DNA of 58,791 nucleotides, from the NCBI GenBank assembly GCA_016839445.1, contig JAEOUG010000046.1:1-58791 (forward strand). The letters are read 5' to 3'. This document shows positions 48,790 to 58,484 of the stretch, piece after piece (the stretch's first letter is position 1; each line of letters begins with the position of its first letter). This DNA comes from Candidatus Thorarchaeota archaeon. Lineage in GTDB: Archaea; Asgardarchaeota; Thorarchaeia; Thorarchaeales; Thorarchaeaceae. Made by a program: the position numbers and the translations under genes. The notes under the pieces are model-generated. The model did no database searches, was not told the origin of the DNA, and saw only the letters and a list, made by a program, of their open reading frames with translations.

Positions 48790-48898
48790 ATGTCCAAGAA
48801 ATCGTGGTCGTGACGCCCACCCCAGTACTGAGGTTATAAGAATATTGGATGTCGCGGGGTCCGATAGCAATAGAATCATAACCTTACTCACAGACTCT

Positions 48899-49123
48899 AT
48901 GATGATACAGATGAGCCTGCTAGGTCCAGATGACTTCGACTTGACGAGGAAGGAGCGAGCCAAGAAGCTGGCCAAGGATCTTTCCCCTGCCGTACAGCGA
49001 AGCATCGAGCAATGGCTGGACCACTTAGATGACGACGAAGCCCTCAGGCGAATCTCCGAACTTGTAGGACCGGAGAAGGCACGACTCATCATGGCCAAGA
49101 AAAGACTACAGGCACATGACTGA
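48899..49123 (+). CDS. small hypothetical protein
   Basis: Helical 74-aa ORF between two tRNAs; start uncertain. Confidence 0.5.
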   Translation: MMIQMSLLGPDDFDLTRKERAKKLAKDLSPAVQRSIEQWLDHLDDDEALRRISELVGPEKARLIMAKKRLQAHD

Positions 49124-49148
49124 ACTGGACTGCAGGAACTGACAATTG

Positions 49149-49505
49149 ATGAACCCTCTCGACAATCACCTCAACGATGATGAAGAAATCAGGAACTCCA
49201 TGGCGCTGATTCGCACCATTGAGGCCGAGAAGCGAACCTACTTGGCAGAGCTGAGAACGGGTATTGGCATACTGACAATCTCGTTGTCCCTGCTGACCAT
49301 TCTGATAGCCACATCGAACTACTACACAATTCAAGAGGTTCTCATGCATGTCATTGGGCTGGTCTTCGGGATTGTGCTAATGGGAGTAATCGGAGTCTAT
49401 CTCGCCATCCACTCACTAATCAAGCTCCGGGCTAAGGAACGCCTGAAGAGAGAGTCGTGTCTGACGACTGAAGAGATTGCCAAGCGTTACAATCACAGTC
49501 ATTGA
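49149..49505 (+). CDS. two-TM membrane protein, DUF202-like
   Basis: AEKRTYLAELRTG resembles the DUF202 ANERTxLAWxRT motif. Confidence 0.65.
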   Translation: MNPLDNHLNDDEEIRNSMALIRTIEAEKRTYLAELRTGIGILTISLSLLTILIATSNYYTIQEVLMHVIGLVFGIVLMGVIGVYLAIHSLIKLRAKERLKRESCLTTEEIAKRYNHSH

Positions 49506-49523
49506 GTAGATTCAGAAGGAAGA

Positions 49524-49631
49524 TGGAGCCCCAGGCGAGATTTGAACTCGCGGCCTCCTCCTGAGTGGGGCACAAACGAATTGATTGTGCCATACCAAGG
49601 AGGCGATCTAACCGGTCTAAGCTACTGGGGC
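49524..49631 (-). tRNA. tRNA-Thr(GGT) with 30-nt intron (49563-49592)
   Basis: Acceptor GCCCCAG/CTGGGGC, anticodon stem CCTCC/GGAGG, U73, encoded CCA. Confidence 0.93.
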
Positions 49632-49719
49632 CTTGGTGTGACGAGCCACCGCTTCGTCATTTCGGATTCCGCATGATGAGATGGTATAAAGATTTCTACC
49701 AAGTACGAATTGTGAGAGG

Positions 49720-50616
49720 TCACTTCAACAAATCGTGAAGACCAATCTTGTACTTGCCGAGCTTTCCGCCGAAATTGCCCGCACTCACCTTCAGGACTCC
49801 TTCATGAGTACACACGGTATCGATGGCGGTCTTCATTGCGGCAGCCACAGCCTCCTCGTTCAACCCGTTGACGACAATCTCCATGACGAACTCGCATCCT
49901 TCCGGAACATGAGTGTCAGGAATGGCGGCACGGATAGTCGGACAATAGCGCTCATTCGTTGAGGCAAGTAGCCCTTTGTACTTGGAGGATGGTTTGGATC
50001 CGGAGCCAACAAGCCCACCTGGAAAAGGCGTGTATGCCCCCTCGACTTCCTCAATGGCACGGACTGCAGCCTTCCCGCTTGTCATCCCGGACTCCAGATT
50101 CTCACAGAAGTAGATGATGTTTCCTCCAGCAACTCCCTTTGTCCGGCCGAACTCATTCTGAACGACGAAGGTGCCGCTCATTCTGGGTATGAGCCAGAGT
50201 ACACGACCATCGATCGGTCCCTTCTTGATCTGGTGGCCATCTCCAAACAGCGAGATTTGCTTTCCGATGGAGTAGGACCCCCTAGGATCTGGTGTGTCGT
50301 CGAATGCACAGGCGGTAGGGCTCGTGAGCACACACTGACTAATCCTCGCCAGAAGCTGCTCCTCAAGTACTTCCTTCTTCGCCGCAGCGAAAATCACACG
50401 GACTCCCGGTCGACCATCCGGAGTTTCGTTAGCATCGAGAACACACTCGATGCCCGCCTCAACAGGACACATGATTATGGAGGTGCCGAATCCTGTTGCC
50501 TCCAAAGCTGTGGTCCGGGCCCAGTCCTCGTCAAAGGCAGTGATGATTGTGCGATTCATATGCATCCCAAAGGCTTCAGCAAAGGTGTCCTCAATCTCCA
50601 CGCCGTTGATCTCCAT
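49720..50616 (-). CDS. ftr: formylmethanofuran--H4MPT N-formyltransferase
   Basis: IEDTFAEAF, TPDGRPG, QCVLTSPT, GVAGGN, SAGNFGGKLG. Confidence 0.96.
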   Translation of the reverse strand: MEINGVEIEDTFAEAFGMHMNRTIITAFDEDWARTTALEATGFGTSIIMCPVEAGIECVLDANETPDGRPGVRVIFAAAKKEVLEEQLLARISQCVLTSPTACAFDDTPDPRGSYSIGKQISLFGDGHQIKKGPIDGRVLWLIPRMSGTFVVQNEFGRTKGVAGGNIIYFCENLESGMTSGKAAVRAIEEVEGAYTPFPGGLVGSGSKPSSKYKGLLASTNERYCPTIRAAIPDTHVPEGCEFVMEIVVNGLNEEAVAAAMKTAIDTVCTHEGVLKVSAGNFGGKLGKYKIGLHDLLK

Positions 50617-50720
50617 GGTAAGCCACCAGCAGACTTGTCCATGCTCAGGATGCTCTTTTCTCTGTTCCGTCGAGAGAACTGGGAGCCTTTATCTAAGGTG
50701 GCATCCATTCCAGGTCTGAT

Positions 50721-51581
50721 ATGCCTGTCACTCTCTCATTGGCTCATGCACTCGATCTACCCCTTGAAGCAGAGTGCATCATGCCGAGTACCTTCGCCGG
50801 AAAGAAGCTCGGAGAGATGAGGAGACTAGAAGTGTATCAGGGAAACCAGACCTTGACACTGGGAGACTTCTTCGACATCAGTGGAAGCGCGGGTAAGACT
50901 GCAGACTCAACGACAATCATTGTGGAGGGCGATCTTGAGAGAGTCAAGAGAATCGGACAGAAGATGGCGGGAGGGGCAATCCATGTCAGGGGCAACGCCG
51001 GAATGTATCTTGGTGCAGAGATGGCTTCGGGCCGCATCCATGTTTCAGGTTCCGTAGACTCCTGGGCAGCTGCAGAGATGAAGGGTGGGAACATCCAGAT
51101 TGAGGGAGATGCGGGCGACTACCTCTGTGCTGGCTACCGTGGCAGTTGGGAAGGCATGATGGGGGGCAGGGTGTATGTGGGAGGAAACGTAGGGCGTGAG
51201 ATGGCATCGCACATGCGACGAGGCTTCATTGCAGTAAGAGGGAATGTGGGGGCGCCGGCAGCCGCACGAATGATGGGAGGGACCATCATTGTGTCGGGGG
51301 ACATGGAGGACCGAATCGGAATACAGGCAACGCGAGGGATGATTGTCTGTCTTGGCTCGGTGAAGTCAATGCTTCCAACCTACAAGTTCAGCGGCACATC
51401 ACAGAGGGAGTTCATAGGCTACTACCTGAGGTATCTTCACTCACGGCGCCCAGACTTCTTGACTAAGACGATTGGTTCCGGCGAGCGATGGATGAAGTTT
51501 CTAGGGGACTTCGCGGAAGAGAACACATACGAAGAAATATACCTTCGAGATGCCGCGAACAGGCACCTTCTGTCTAGGTGA
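50721..51581 (+). CDS. fwdC: formylmethanofuran dehydrogenase subunit C
   Basis: Gly-rich beta-helix repeats MxxGxIxVxG, YRGSWEGM. Confidence 0.93.
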   Translation: MPVTLSLAHALDLPLEAECIMPSTFAGKKLGEMRRLEVYQGNQTLTLGDFFDISGSAGKTADSTTIIVEGDLERVKRIGQKMAGGAIHVRGNAGMYLGAEMASGRIHVSGSVDSWAAAEMKGGNIQIEGDAGDYLCAGYRGSWEGMMGGRVYVGGNVGREMASHMRRGFIAVRGNVGAPAAARMMGGTIIVSGDMEDRIGIQATRGMIVCLGSVKSMLPTYKFSGTSQREFIGYYLRYLHSRRPDFLTKTIGSGERWMKFLGDFAEENTYEEIYLRDAANRHLLSR

Positions 51582-51588
51582 TGGTGTC

Positions 51589-52542
51589 GTGCAGCACAGC
51601 GTCAACGAAAAGGCTCTCGAAGCCGTAGAGGAGATACTCGACAAGAGAGACAAGTTGGAGTGCGACATACGCATTTTGGAGAACGGATGCACCATAGTTG
51701 ACGCAGGTATCAATGCCAGAGGCAGCGACGAGCTTGGCCGTCTCATCGGAGAGGTTTGCATGGGAGGCCTAGGCTCAGTTCGGATGACAAGGGTCACAAT
51801 CGGCGACCTTGACTTGCCGGCAGTTGTCGTTGCCACGGACAGGCCAGTACTGGCCACTCTGGGGTCGCAGTACTCAGGGTGGACCATAAGTACTGGAACA
51901 TTCACTGCCATGGGCTCCGGCCCAGCGCGTGCCCTTTCCAGAGCAGAGAAGAACCTCTACGAGGAGATGGGCTATGCCGACGACCACAGCTCAGGCGTGA
52001 TTATCCTAGAGACGAGAACCATGCCGACTGAGAAAGTCACGAACTACATTGCAGAGAAGTGTGGCATAGAGCCTCCTGACCTCACCTGCATCGTAGTACC
52101 GACTGCTTCATTGGCAGGGTCTGTGCAGATCTCTGCGAGAATCGTCGAAGTTGGCATGCACAAGATGCACGAGCTCGGCATTGATCTGTCCAACATCAGA
52201 AGGGGGTATGGTGTTGCACCTATTGCGCCAGTCATGGAAGATGACAACAAGGCTATGGGCGCTACAAACGACTGCATTCTCTACGGAGGAAGGACATTCT
52301 TCTTTCTAAGAGAAGAGGACCCACGCATTGCTGAGGTCATCAATCGCATTCCCTCAAACCACTCGAAGCAGTATGGGCAGCCATTCTATGACCTCTTCAA
52401 GAGCGTCGGCTTCGACTTCTATGAGGTGGACCGAATGCTGTTCAGTCCGGCGGAGGTCACAGTCGGTCACATAGAGAGCAGGACTGTACACAAGGCGGGC
52501 AGCCTCAATCCTGAGGTCCTGAAGAAGTCGTTGGGCGTCTAG
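51589..52542 (+). CDS. mch: methenyl-H4MPT cyclohydrolase
   Basis: SVNE, GSGPARAL, SLAGSVQISAR, TNDCILYGG, FSPA; start re-called at GTG 51589. Confidence 0.95.
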   Translation: MQHSVNEKALEAVEEILDKRDKLECDIRILENGCTIVDAGINARGSDELGRLIGEVCMGGLGSVRMTRVTIGDLDLPAVVVATDRPVLATLGSQYSGWTISTGTFTAMGSGPARALSRAEKNLYEEMGYADDHSSGVIILETRTMPTEKVTNYIAEKCGIEPPDLTCIVVPTASLAGSVQISARIVEVGMHKMHELGIDLSNIRRGYGVAPIAPVMEDDNKAMGATNDCILYGGRTFFFLREEDPRIAEVINRIPSNHSKQYGQPFYDLFKSVGFDFYEVDRMLFSPAEVTVGHIESRTVHKAGSLNPEVLKKSLGV

Positions 52543-52545
52543 TTC

Positions 52546-54039
52546 TCAAGTGACCTCAAGCTCTTCGACCTCTTCGCGCTCCTTCTCTGTGGCCGGCACA
52601 AGATCCTCGGCCTTCGGAATCGGCTGGTCGAAGGCCTTCTTGATGAGGTAGACTCCAACGAGGCAGATGAGAGCACACAGGACGAAGGCGAGGGGGAAGC
52701 CCGACCTAGGCACCAGCCACCCAAAGAGGAAGATGAGCGGCATTGACACAAGCATGACCAGAGTTGGCTGAAGAGAGTACATGGAGTTGCGAATACGGTT
52801 CGGAATTACGTCAAGCATCACTCTCTGTTTGAGAATACCACCAACGCCTCCGAAGATACCCAGAGAAATGAAGGTGATGAACATAAGGGCGGCAGGCAAC
52901 ACGGACTGTACCGGCAGCTCAAGAATCGAGAGGTTGATGAATGGGATGACCACACTGACGATATCAGTCGTTTCAGGGTCAGGTGCTGGTAGCTGGTACG
53001 TAATGATGGCTAGGAGGAGATAGAAGACCACACTACCGAACTCGAGCAATCTGAATCTAGGTATCCACTTCTTTGCGTCGAAGCGTTTTGCCCAGACTCC
53101 AGACCGTTCGTTCAGTAGAGCCTGCGGGATGAATATCCAAGTCCTATATGATGAGACCGCTACCTCAGTTAGGAGGTAGCTGAAGTAGAGTGGGAAGAGC
53201 AGGATGTTCCACCAGACCGGTCCAGTACTCCACAGGAGAATCTCACCCATCATGATGTAGGAGATGAACCGGGATGACCAGAGGAACTTGAAGCCATCCT
53301 TAAGCAGACCTCCGTACTCACTCAATGATGGGCGCTCATCCTTCTCATCTCTCACTCCGGGAAGGTCTCTGATCAGTCTGAATACCAGGAGGGCCAAGAC
53401 TACTGAGAAGACTGCCTGCATCTGAAATACGAGCTGACGGGCGTATAGCATCGCAAGCCAAGAACCCGGGAGGAGCACGAGGACGGAGGACACCTGCCAG
53501 ACCATGCCCATTCGACCCCAGAACACGCCGTACATCTTTCTATCCTTGTCATGTGGCATGGCCACTCTGTAGTTGTTGTCGAACCAGGCGTTGAAGGCAC
53601 CACTCTCCTGAGAGGCCCCCAAGCCCATGAGTGCGTAGATGAGGACGAAGAGAATGAAGGGGGAGTTCTCATCCACAATGGATGTGATCCAGAAAGCCAA
53701 GGCATAGCAGATGAGCGCGGAGGATATGACGAAACGCTGGCCAACCCAGTCCCCGATGGCTCCTGTCGGATAGTCAAGCAACGTCTGAATCGCCATTTGA
53801 ATGACGACAAGAACACCCACCAGAGTAAGCCCTGCCAAATAGTCACCGTTGCCAAGGCTCTCGGCGATGTGTATCATCCAGAAGGTCGTGCTGATTTGGA
53901 AGCTCATGGCGAAGGACGGCAATATGACTACGAGTATCTTGATCAATCGTACAGCGTTTTCGGTAGGTCCTTCCAGACCGAAGACTCGAGCGAATGTGCT
54001 GTCCACTGCTGGCTCAAGTTCTGTCTGCTCGCTCTCCAT
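52546..54039 (-). CDS. MFS transporter
   Basis: DYPTGAIGDWVGQR, ESGA..AW, about 12 TM; start re-called at ATG 54039. Confidence 0.88.
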   Translation of the reverse strand: MESEQTELEPAVDSTFARVFGLEGPTENAVRLIKILVVILPSFAMSFQISTTFWMIHIAESLGNGDYLAGLTLVGVLVVIQMAIQTLLDYPTGAIGDWVGQRFVISSALICYALAFWITSIVDENSPFILFVLIYALMGLGASQESGAFNAWFDNNYRVAMPHDKDRKMYGVFWGRMGMVWQVSSVLVLLPGSWLAMLYARQLVFQMQAVFSVVLALLVFRLIRDLPGVRDEKDERPSLSEYGGLLKDGFKFLWSSRFISYIMMGEILLWSTGPVWWNILLFPLYFSYLLTEVAVSSYRTWIFIPQALLNERSGVWAKRFDAKKWIPRFRLLEFGSVVFYLLLAIITYQLPAPDPETTDIVSVVIPFINLSILELPVQSVLPAALMFITFISLGIFGGVGGILKQRVMLDVIPNRIRNSMYSLQPTLVMLVSMPLIFLFGWLVPRSGFPLAFVLCALICLVGVYLIKKAFDQPIPKAEDLVPATEKEREEVEELEVT

Positions 54040-54133
54040 GGCTTTGTCCCCCGGGCATTGGGACATATAGACCTTGACACTACAGCAGGTTCCGTTTCCT
54101 TTATCAAAGAATCTCTTGGTCGCAACGAGTAAG

Positions 54134-54412
54134 ATGACCGTCACAATACGCTTCCGGGGGCCGATTGCCAATCATATCACCGACGGACAGCTCGCAATAG
54201 ATTCAGCTGACGGACTACTGGTTAGGAAGGTCCTAGAGCTGGTCATCAAGGAAGAGAAATACGTTGCAGAGGTCTGGAAGAGCCCTGAAGATGTCGACCG
54301 CGATGCTCTGATTCTCCTGAACGGAGTTGACATCGGGATCACTGGGGGGCTTGAATCAACGTTAGGTGACGGCGATGTCTTGGTCGTGCTTCCGCTCGTC
54401 CACGGAGGTTAG
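54134..54412 (+). CDS. ubiquitin-like MoaD/ThiS/Urm1-type protein
   Basis: LILLNGVD, LGDGDVLVVLPLVHGG C-terminal di-glycine. Confidence 0.9.
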   Translation: MTVTIRFRGPIANHITDGQLAIDSADGLLVRKVLELVIKEEKYVAEVWKSPEDVDRDALILLNGVDIGITGGLESTLGDGDVLVVLPLVHGG

Positions 54413-54942
54413 ACGATCTTGGCACCCGCTCGAACAGCGTCTATGTCGAGCTGGAGAGCCTTCACGCTGACAAGTTCGTTGAGTGCATTCTCCAAATACT
54501 CCAAGGGGAACAGACCTGACTTCTGAACCAATGCCCCGAGCATCACCATGTTGGACACAAGCCGCATACCTAGGTTGTCGGCTGTGGCCATTGCAGGAAC
54601 CTCCACAAGTTCGTACTCCCGAATAGAAGACGTGTCCACCAGGTCTGGGTCGGCTATGACCGCGCTACCCTTCTTGGCACCTGACAGGTACATGTCCAGA
54701 GCCTTCTGGGACATCACAATGAAGTAGTCAGAGGACCGGACCTTTGGGTAGTGAATCGGTTTGTCACTGATGATGACTTCGCTCTTGGCAGCAGTACCTC
54801 TCGCCTCAGAACCGTAGCTCTGACTCTGCAGAGCCTCCAAATTGGCATAGACCGCGGCCGCGTGGCCCAGTATCACTCCGGCAAGGACAACACCCATGCC
54901 ACCTGTGCCTGCAATACGAATCTCCGTCCTCACCATGCTCAC
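54409..54942 (-). CDS. 2-oxoacid:ferredoxin oxidoreductase gamma subunit
   Basis: AGTGGMGV, SYGSEARG, NMVMLG. Confidence 0.9.
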   Translation of the reverse strand: MSMVRTEIRIAGTGGMGVVLAGVILGHAAAVYANLEALQSQSYGSEARGTAAKSEVIISDKPIHYPKVRSSDYFIVMSQKALDMYLSGAKKGSAVIADPDLVDTSSIREYELVEVPAMATADNLGMRLVSNMVMLGALVQKSGLFPLEYLENALNELVSVKALQLDIDAVRAGAKIV

Positions 54943-55772
54943 TTCCCAATTTCGCTGTAGATCTTGGCGAGGTAGGATTCAAAGTCCATTTCATTCCTGT
55001 CTACAAACACACCAAGGTCCACGCTATCTCTAGTTGGGATTCGCTGATCCAAGGGTTCGTCCTTATTGCGGACTGGGAACTTCTTGAACCATTCAATCAT
55101 CTCAACTGGACCTCCGGTCTTCGTACGACGACCATAGGCCGTCGGACACTGACTGACCATCTCGATGAACGAGAATCCCTTACGCTCTAAGGCAGTCTTC
55201 ATAGATCTTGATGCCTGATTAGGATGAGCCGTGGTCCATCTGGCGACGTAGTTCGCCCCGGCGGCTGCGACCAGCCTAGCAAGGTCGAATGGACGTTCGG
55301 GGTTTCCATAGGGGCTAGTACTAGTCCTGTCACCGGTGAAGGTCGTGGGTCCCATCTGGCCCCCTGTCATTCCGTAGATGTAGTTGTTACTGCAGATGAC
55401 AGTCATATCGATATTCCTTCGAGCTGCGTGAATGAGGTGATTGCCTCCAATGGCCGCCAGATCGCCATCACCGCTGATCACTACAACATTGAGTTCTGGT
55501 CTTGACAGCTTGAGCCCTGTAGCAAAGGCGATGGCGCGTCCATGGGTTGTGTGGAGGGTGTCCGCCATGAAGTGGGGGGACGGTATCCAGGCCCCACATC
55601 CTATACCGGACACGAAAGCGAACTTGCTGAGATCCGTGTGACCCAGACTCTTCACGGCCTTTAGAAACGCGTTAGCTATGATTCCGTTCCCACAGCCAGG
55701 ACAAAATGGATTGGTGTATATCGCCTCCTCCCGAAGGTAGGCTCGAGCGAAGTGAACATCAGACTCTGTCAA
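54939..55772 (-). CDS. 2-oxoacid:ferredoxin oxidoreductase beta subunit
   Basis: FCPGCG, SGIGC, HGRA, GDGD..AIGGNH, NNYIYGMTGGQ. Confidence 0.93.
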   Translation of the reverse strand: MTESDVHFARAYLREEAIYTNPFCPGCGNGIIANAFLKAVKSLGHTDLSKFAFVSGIGCGAWIPSPHFMADTLHTTHGRAIAFATGLKLSRPELNVVVISGDGDLAAIGGNHLIHAARRNIDMTVICSNNYIYGMTGGQMGPTTFTGDRTSTSPYGNPERPFDLARLVAAAGANYVARWTTAHPNQASRSMKTALERKGFSFIEMVSQCPTAYGRRTKTGGPVEMIEWFKKFPVRNKDEPLDQRIPTRDSVDLGVFVDRNEMDFESYLAKIYSEIGK

Positions 55773-55939
55773 TCTAGTGACCTCACCATGACGCTACGGC
55801 AGCTCAATGCATGAGGCTAATATGTCATTCTTAGGCGGCAACATCCGGATATCGAGATTCTGCTGGCGATAGCAGCAGTTTTAAAACCAAAAACCCCGGC
55901 CCGTCCGAAGAGCTTTACTGAAATCAGTGGTGAAACTAG

Positions 55940-56374
55940 ATGTCAGATGTCGCAACTATGAGAGCCTTCAACCGCGAACTTGCGGCTGTCATCGGAGGCT
56001 CGATTGAAGTCCAGATGAAAGATGGAAAGAAATACTCAGGCACTCTGAAGGGAATCGATCAGAATACCCTGAGCATCATCCTTGCAGATGTGACTGACCA
56101 TGAGGATGGGAAGCAGATTCCGAAGATCTTCCTATATGGTGATAGCATTGCTTCCTTTGCTGTTGCAGAGGAGGAAGTCAGCCTTGAAGGTCTTGCCAAG
56201 GAATTGGAGAAGAGCTTTCCACCCGGTGGAGTACGCTATTTCCCTGAAACAGCCACCATCGTTGTGATGAACAAGATTCGTGTCAACGTCGATGGCGTAG
56301 AAGGTAGCGGACCACTCTACGAGAGAGTGAAGGCCGTCGCCGAGGAATGGTTCAGGGACAGAGGGCTAGAATAG
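55940..56374 (+). CDS. Sm-like protein with C-terminal extension (SmAP3-like)
   Basis: Sm1 VQMKDGKKYSGTLKGID, Sm2 IFLYGDSI, extra ~65-aa domain. Confidence 0.85.
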   Translation: MSDVATMRAFNRELAAVIGGSIEVQMKDGKKYSGTLKGIDQNTLSIILADVTDHEDGKQIPKIFLYGDSIASFAVAEEEVSLEGLAKELEKSFPPGGVRYFPETATIVVMNKIRVNVDGVEGSGPLYERVKAVAEEWFRDRGLE

Positions 56375-56459
56375 GGTCTATGGAAATCAGTCTGTTCACA
56401 CCAGCTCCAGACCAATCTAGTCGACACTAGGTACTTGCAGCGACATCTGACATGTATCT

Positions 56460-57725
56460 TCAAAGTAGCCTTCTGAGACCAAGCTCGTCGGGGTCTATCT
56501 TCTTCTTCTCTTCAACTTCCTTTGCGGGTCGACGCGAAGACAGAGTACGCTCCAGAGGTTTGAGCCGATCCTCCCAGGTCGATCGAGTTGACTCGGGGAG
56601 CTTTCCGAAGGCTCTGGCTCGGACTTTTGCAGAACTGAGGGACTCAGTGCTGTGACTCAGAACCCCGAATTCAGCCAGTCGTTTTGTTGCGGTGGAGAAT
56701 CCAGATTCCTCCTTAGAGCGTGGTAGGAGTTGCGGGCTCTTCACTCCAGTGAGAATGAGCATGACTCTGAGAACACCGCTCAGTCGAGGATCAACCCTAG
56801 CGCCCCAAATCACATTTGCATCTGGGCTCATCTTCTCAGAAACCAGTTCACCAACCTTGTTTGCCTCTGCGAGGCTCATATCAGGCCCGCCAGTGATGTG
56901 AATGAGCGCTCCTGTGGCACCACTCCACTCAACCTCTAGGAGTGGACTGTTGAGGGCATTCCTGATTGCATCATTCGCCCTATCATTTCCAGTGGCCTCT
57001 CCTAGTCCGACTAGAGCAACACCGCCGTTACATATTATCGAACGCACGTCTGCGTAGTCGAGGTTGATCAGGCTGGGCATTGTGATGGTCTCAGTGATGC
57101 CCTTCACCATGTTGGCAAGGACCTCGTCAGCTACGCCGAATGCTTCCTCAAGAGGCAAGTCGGGGACCAGTTCCATGAGCTTCTGGTTGTCAATCACAAC
57201 TGCAGTATCGACATTCTCCTGGAGTCGAGCGAGTCCCGCCTTCGCCTTGTCAATGCGCGTTCGCTCCAGACTGAAGGGCATTGTCACAACGCCGACTACA
57301 ATGGCATCGTTGTTCTTGGCAATCTCAGCCACAACCGGGGCACTTCCTGTTCCAGTACCTCCGCCCATGCCTGCTGCAATGAAGACAAGGTCGGCATCAC
57401 GGAGAAGCTCAGTCAGCTGGCCTGTCGACTCCTCTGCAGCCGCACGGCCAACATGAGGATAGCCTCCAGCTCCGAGGCCTCGCGTGATTCGCTCTCCTAT
57501 GAGGAGCTTCCTGTGAGCTGTGGTGACTGCAAGATGCTGTCTGTCAGTGTTGATTGCTACACACTCTGCGCCTTGTACACCAATGGTCATCAGCCGCTTA
57601 ACGGTGTTGTTGCCCGCCCCTCCACAGCCAACCACCACAATCCTTGCTTGCCCCATATCCCTCGTGGTGGAAGTTGTTCGTTCCACTCTGCTGTGCTCAC
57701 GTGCGGCATCTATCAGCGATCTCAT
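56460..57725 (-). CDS. ftsZ: cell division protein FtsZ (FtsZ2-like)
   Basis: [30 protein letters not shown]. Confidence 0.97.
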   Translation of the reverse strand: MRSLIDAAREHSRVERTTSTTRDMGQARIVVVGCGGAGNNTVKRLMTIGVQGAECVAINTDRQHLAVTTAHRKLLIGERITRGLGAGGYPHVGRAAAEESTGQLTELLRDADLVFIAAGMGGGTGTGSAPVVAEIAKNNDAIVVGVVTMPFSLERTRIDKAKAGLARLQENVDTAVVIDNQKLMELVPDLPLEEAFGVADEVLANMVKGITETITMPSLINLDYADVRSIICNGGVALVGLGEATGNDRANDAIRNALNSPLLEVEWSGATGALIHITGGPDMSLAEANKVGELVSEKMSPDANVIWGARVDPRLSGVLRVMLILTGVKSPQLLPRSKEESGFSTATKRLAEFGVLSHSTESLSSAKVRARAFGKLPESTRSTWEDRLKPLERTLSSRRPAKEVEEKKKIDPDELGLRRLL

Positions 57726-57907
57726 TATCCTACAACCTCACTTGCCCGTTCACCAAGACGCGTATTGCTGTCCCAGAGTTCTCGCTTCAGAAGGTCTCTA
57801 ATCGCAATCCGGATTGCCTCCGACCTGTTAGGATAGAGACCCTTCTCGACGAGCTGCTGGATATCATCTACTATCCTGTCAGGCAGGTGCACTGCAATGA
57901 GACGCAT
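57725..57907 (-). CDS. cdrS: ribbon-helix-helix regulator, CdrS-like
   Basis: IAVHLP...[18 protein letters not shown]; stop overlaps ftsZ start (TAATG). Confidence 0.82.
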   Translation of the reverse strand: MRLIAVHLPDRIVDDIQQLVEKGLYPNRSEAIRIAIRDLLKRELWDSNTRLGERASEVVG

Positions 57908-58056
57908 GTCTAGTCCTCAATAGCACTGGCGTCATAGAGGGATATCATTCCATGTATTACCCAGCGATTGTTTGCACGGGGTTTCGACCGGCCATCAATC
58001 CATCTGCTTTCTGGGATAATTCAAATAACAGGTGCAGCAATACTATACGAACGGAA

Positions 58057-58440
58057 TTGAACGAGAGAGATGATTCCACGTCGATTGTCTTAGAGTACAT
58101 CAATTGCGTCAATGCAGGAGACTCCGAGAGGCTGGCCGCTCTGCAGACTGAGGACTTCACTTTCGTAGACATGGCGGGAAACAGGTTTGTGGGTAGGGAT
58201 GGCTGGGAGAGCTACTTCACAGAGTTTCCCGAGTACCGTATTCACGTGAAGCAAATACTCCTTAGTGGTGATGGAGTAGCGATTATCGGCAAGACAACAG
58301 GCTCGCACCTTGACCCAAAGATCGAGGTACTAGAGACCGTCCTCTGGATTGCGGAGGTCAGAAACGGACTCGTTTCCTTCTGGAGGATATACTCTGATCT
58401 AACAGAGACTAAGGAGATTCTGAGAAAGTCAATGGAATGA
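58057..58440 (+). CDS. SnoaL/NTF2-like protein
   Basis: YINCVNAGD, TEDFTFVD, FPEY, EVRNG..WRIY; start uncertain. Confidence 0.75.
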   Translation: MNERDDSTSIVLEYINCVNAGDSERLAALQTEDFTFVDMAGNRFVGRDGWESYFTEFPEYRIHVKQILLSGDGVAIIGKTTGSHLDPKIEVLETVLWIAEVRNGLVSFWRIYSDLTETKEILRKSME

Positions 58441-58475
58441 AAAAGAGATGAAGAGAAGAGAGCAGGCTCTCTTCT
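58441..58475 (-). terminator. hairpin + UCUCUUUU element after rpl2
   Basis: AGAAGAGAG/CTCTCTTCT stem, 5 nt, TCTCTTTT on minus strand. Confidence 0.65.
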
Positions 58476-58484
58476 GACTTCAGA

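Noticed and set aside
48790-49523. tRNA-bounded integrated element between tRNA-Pro and tRNA-Thr
   Set aside because: Only two small ORFs; no integrase and no duplicated tRNA 3' end
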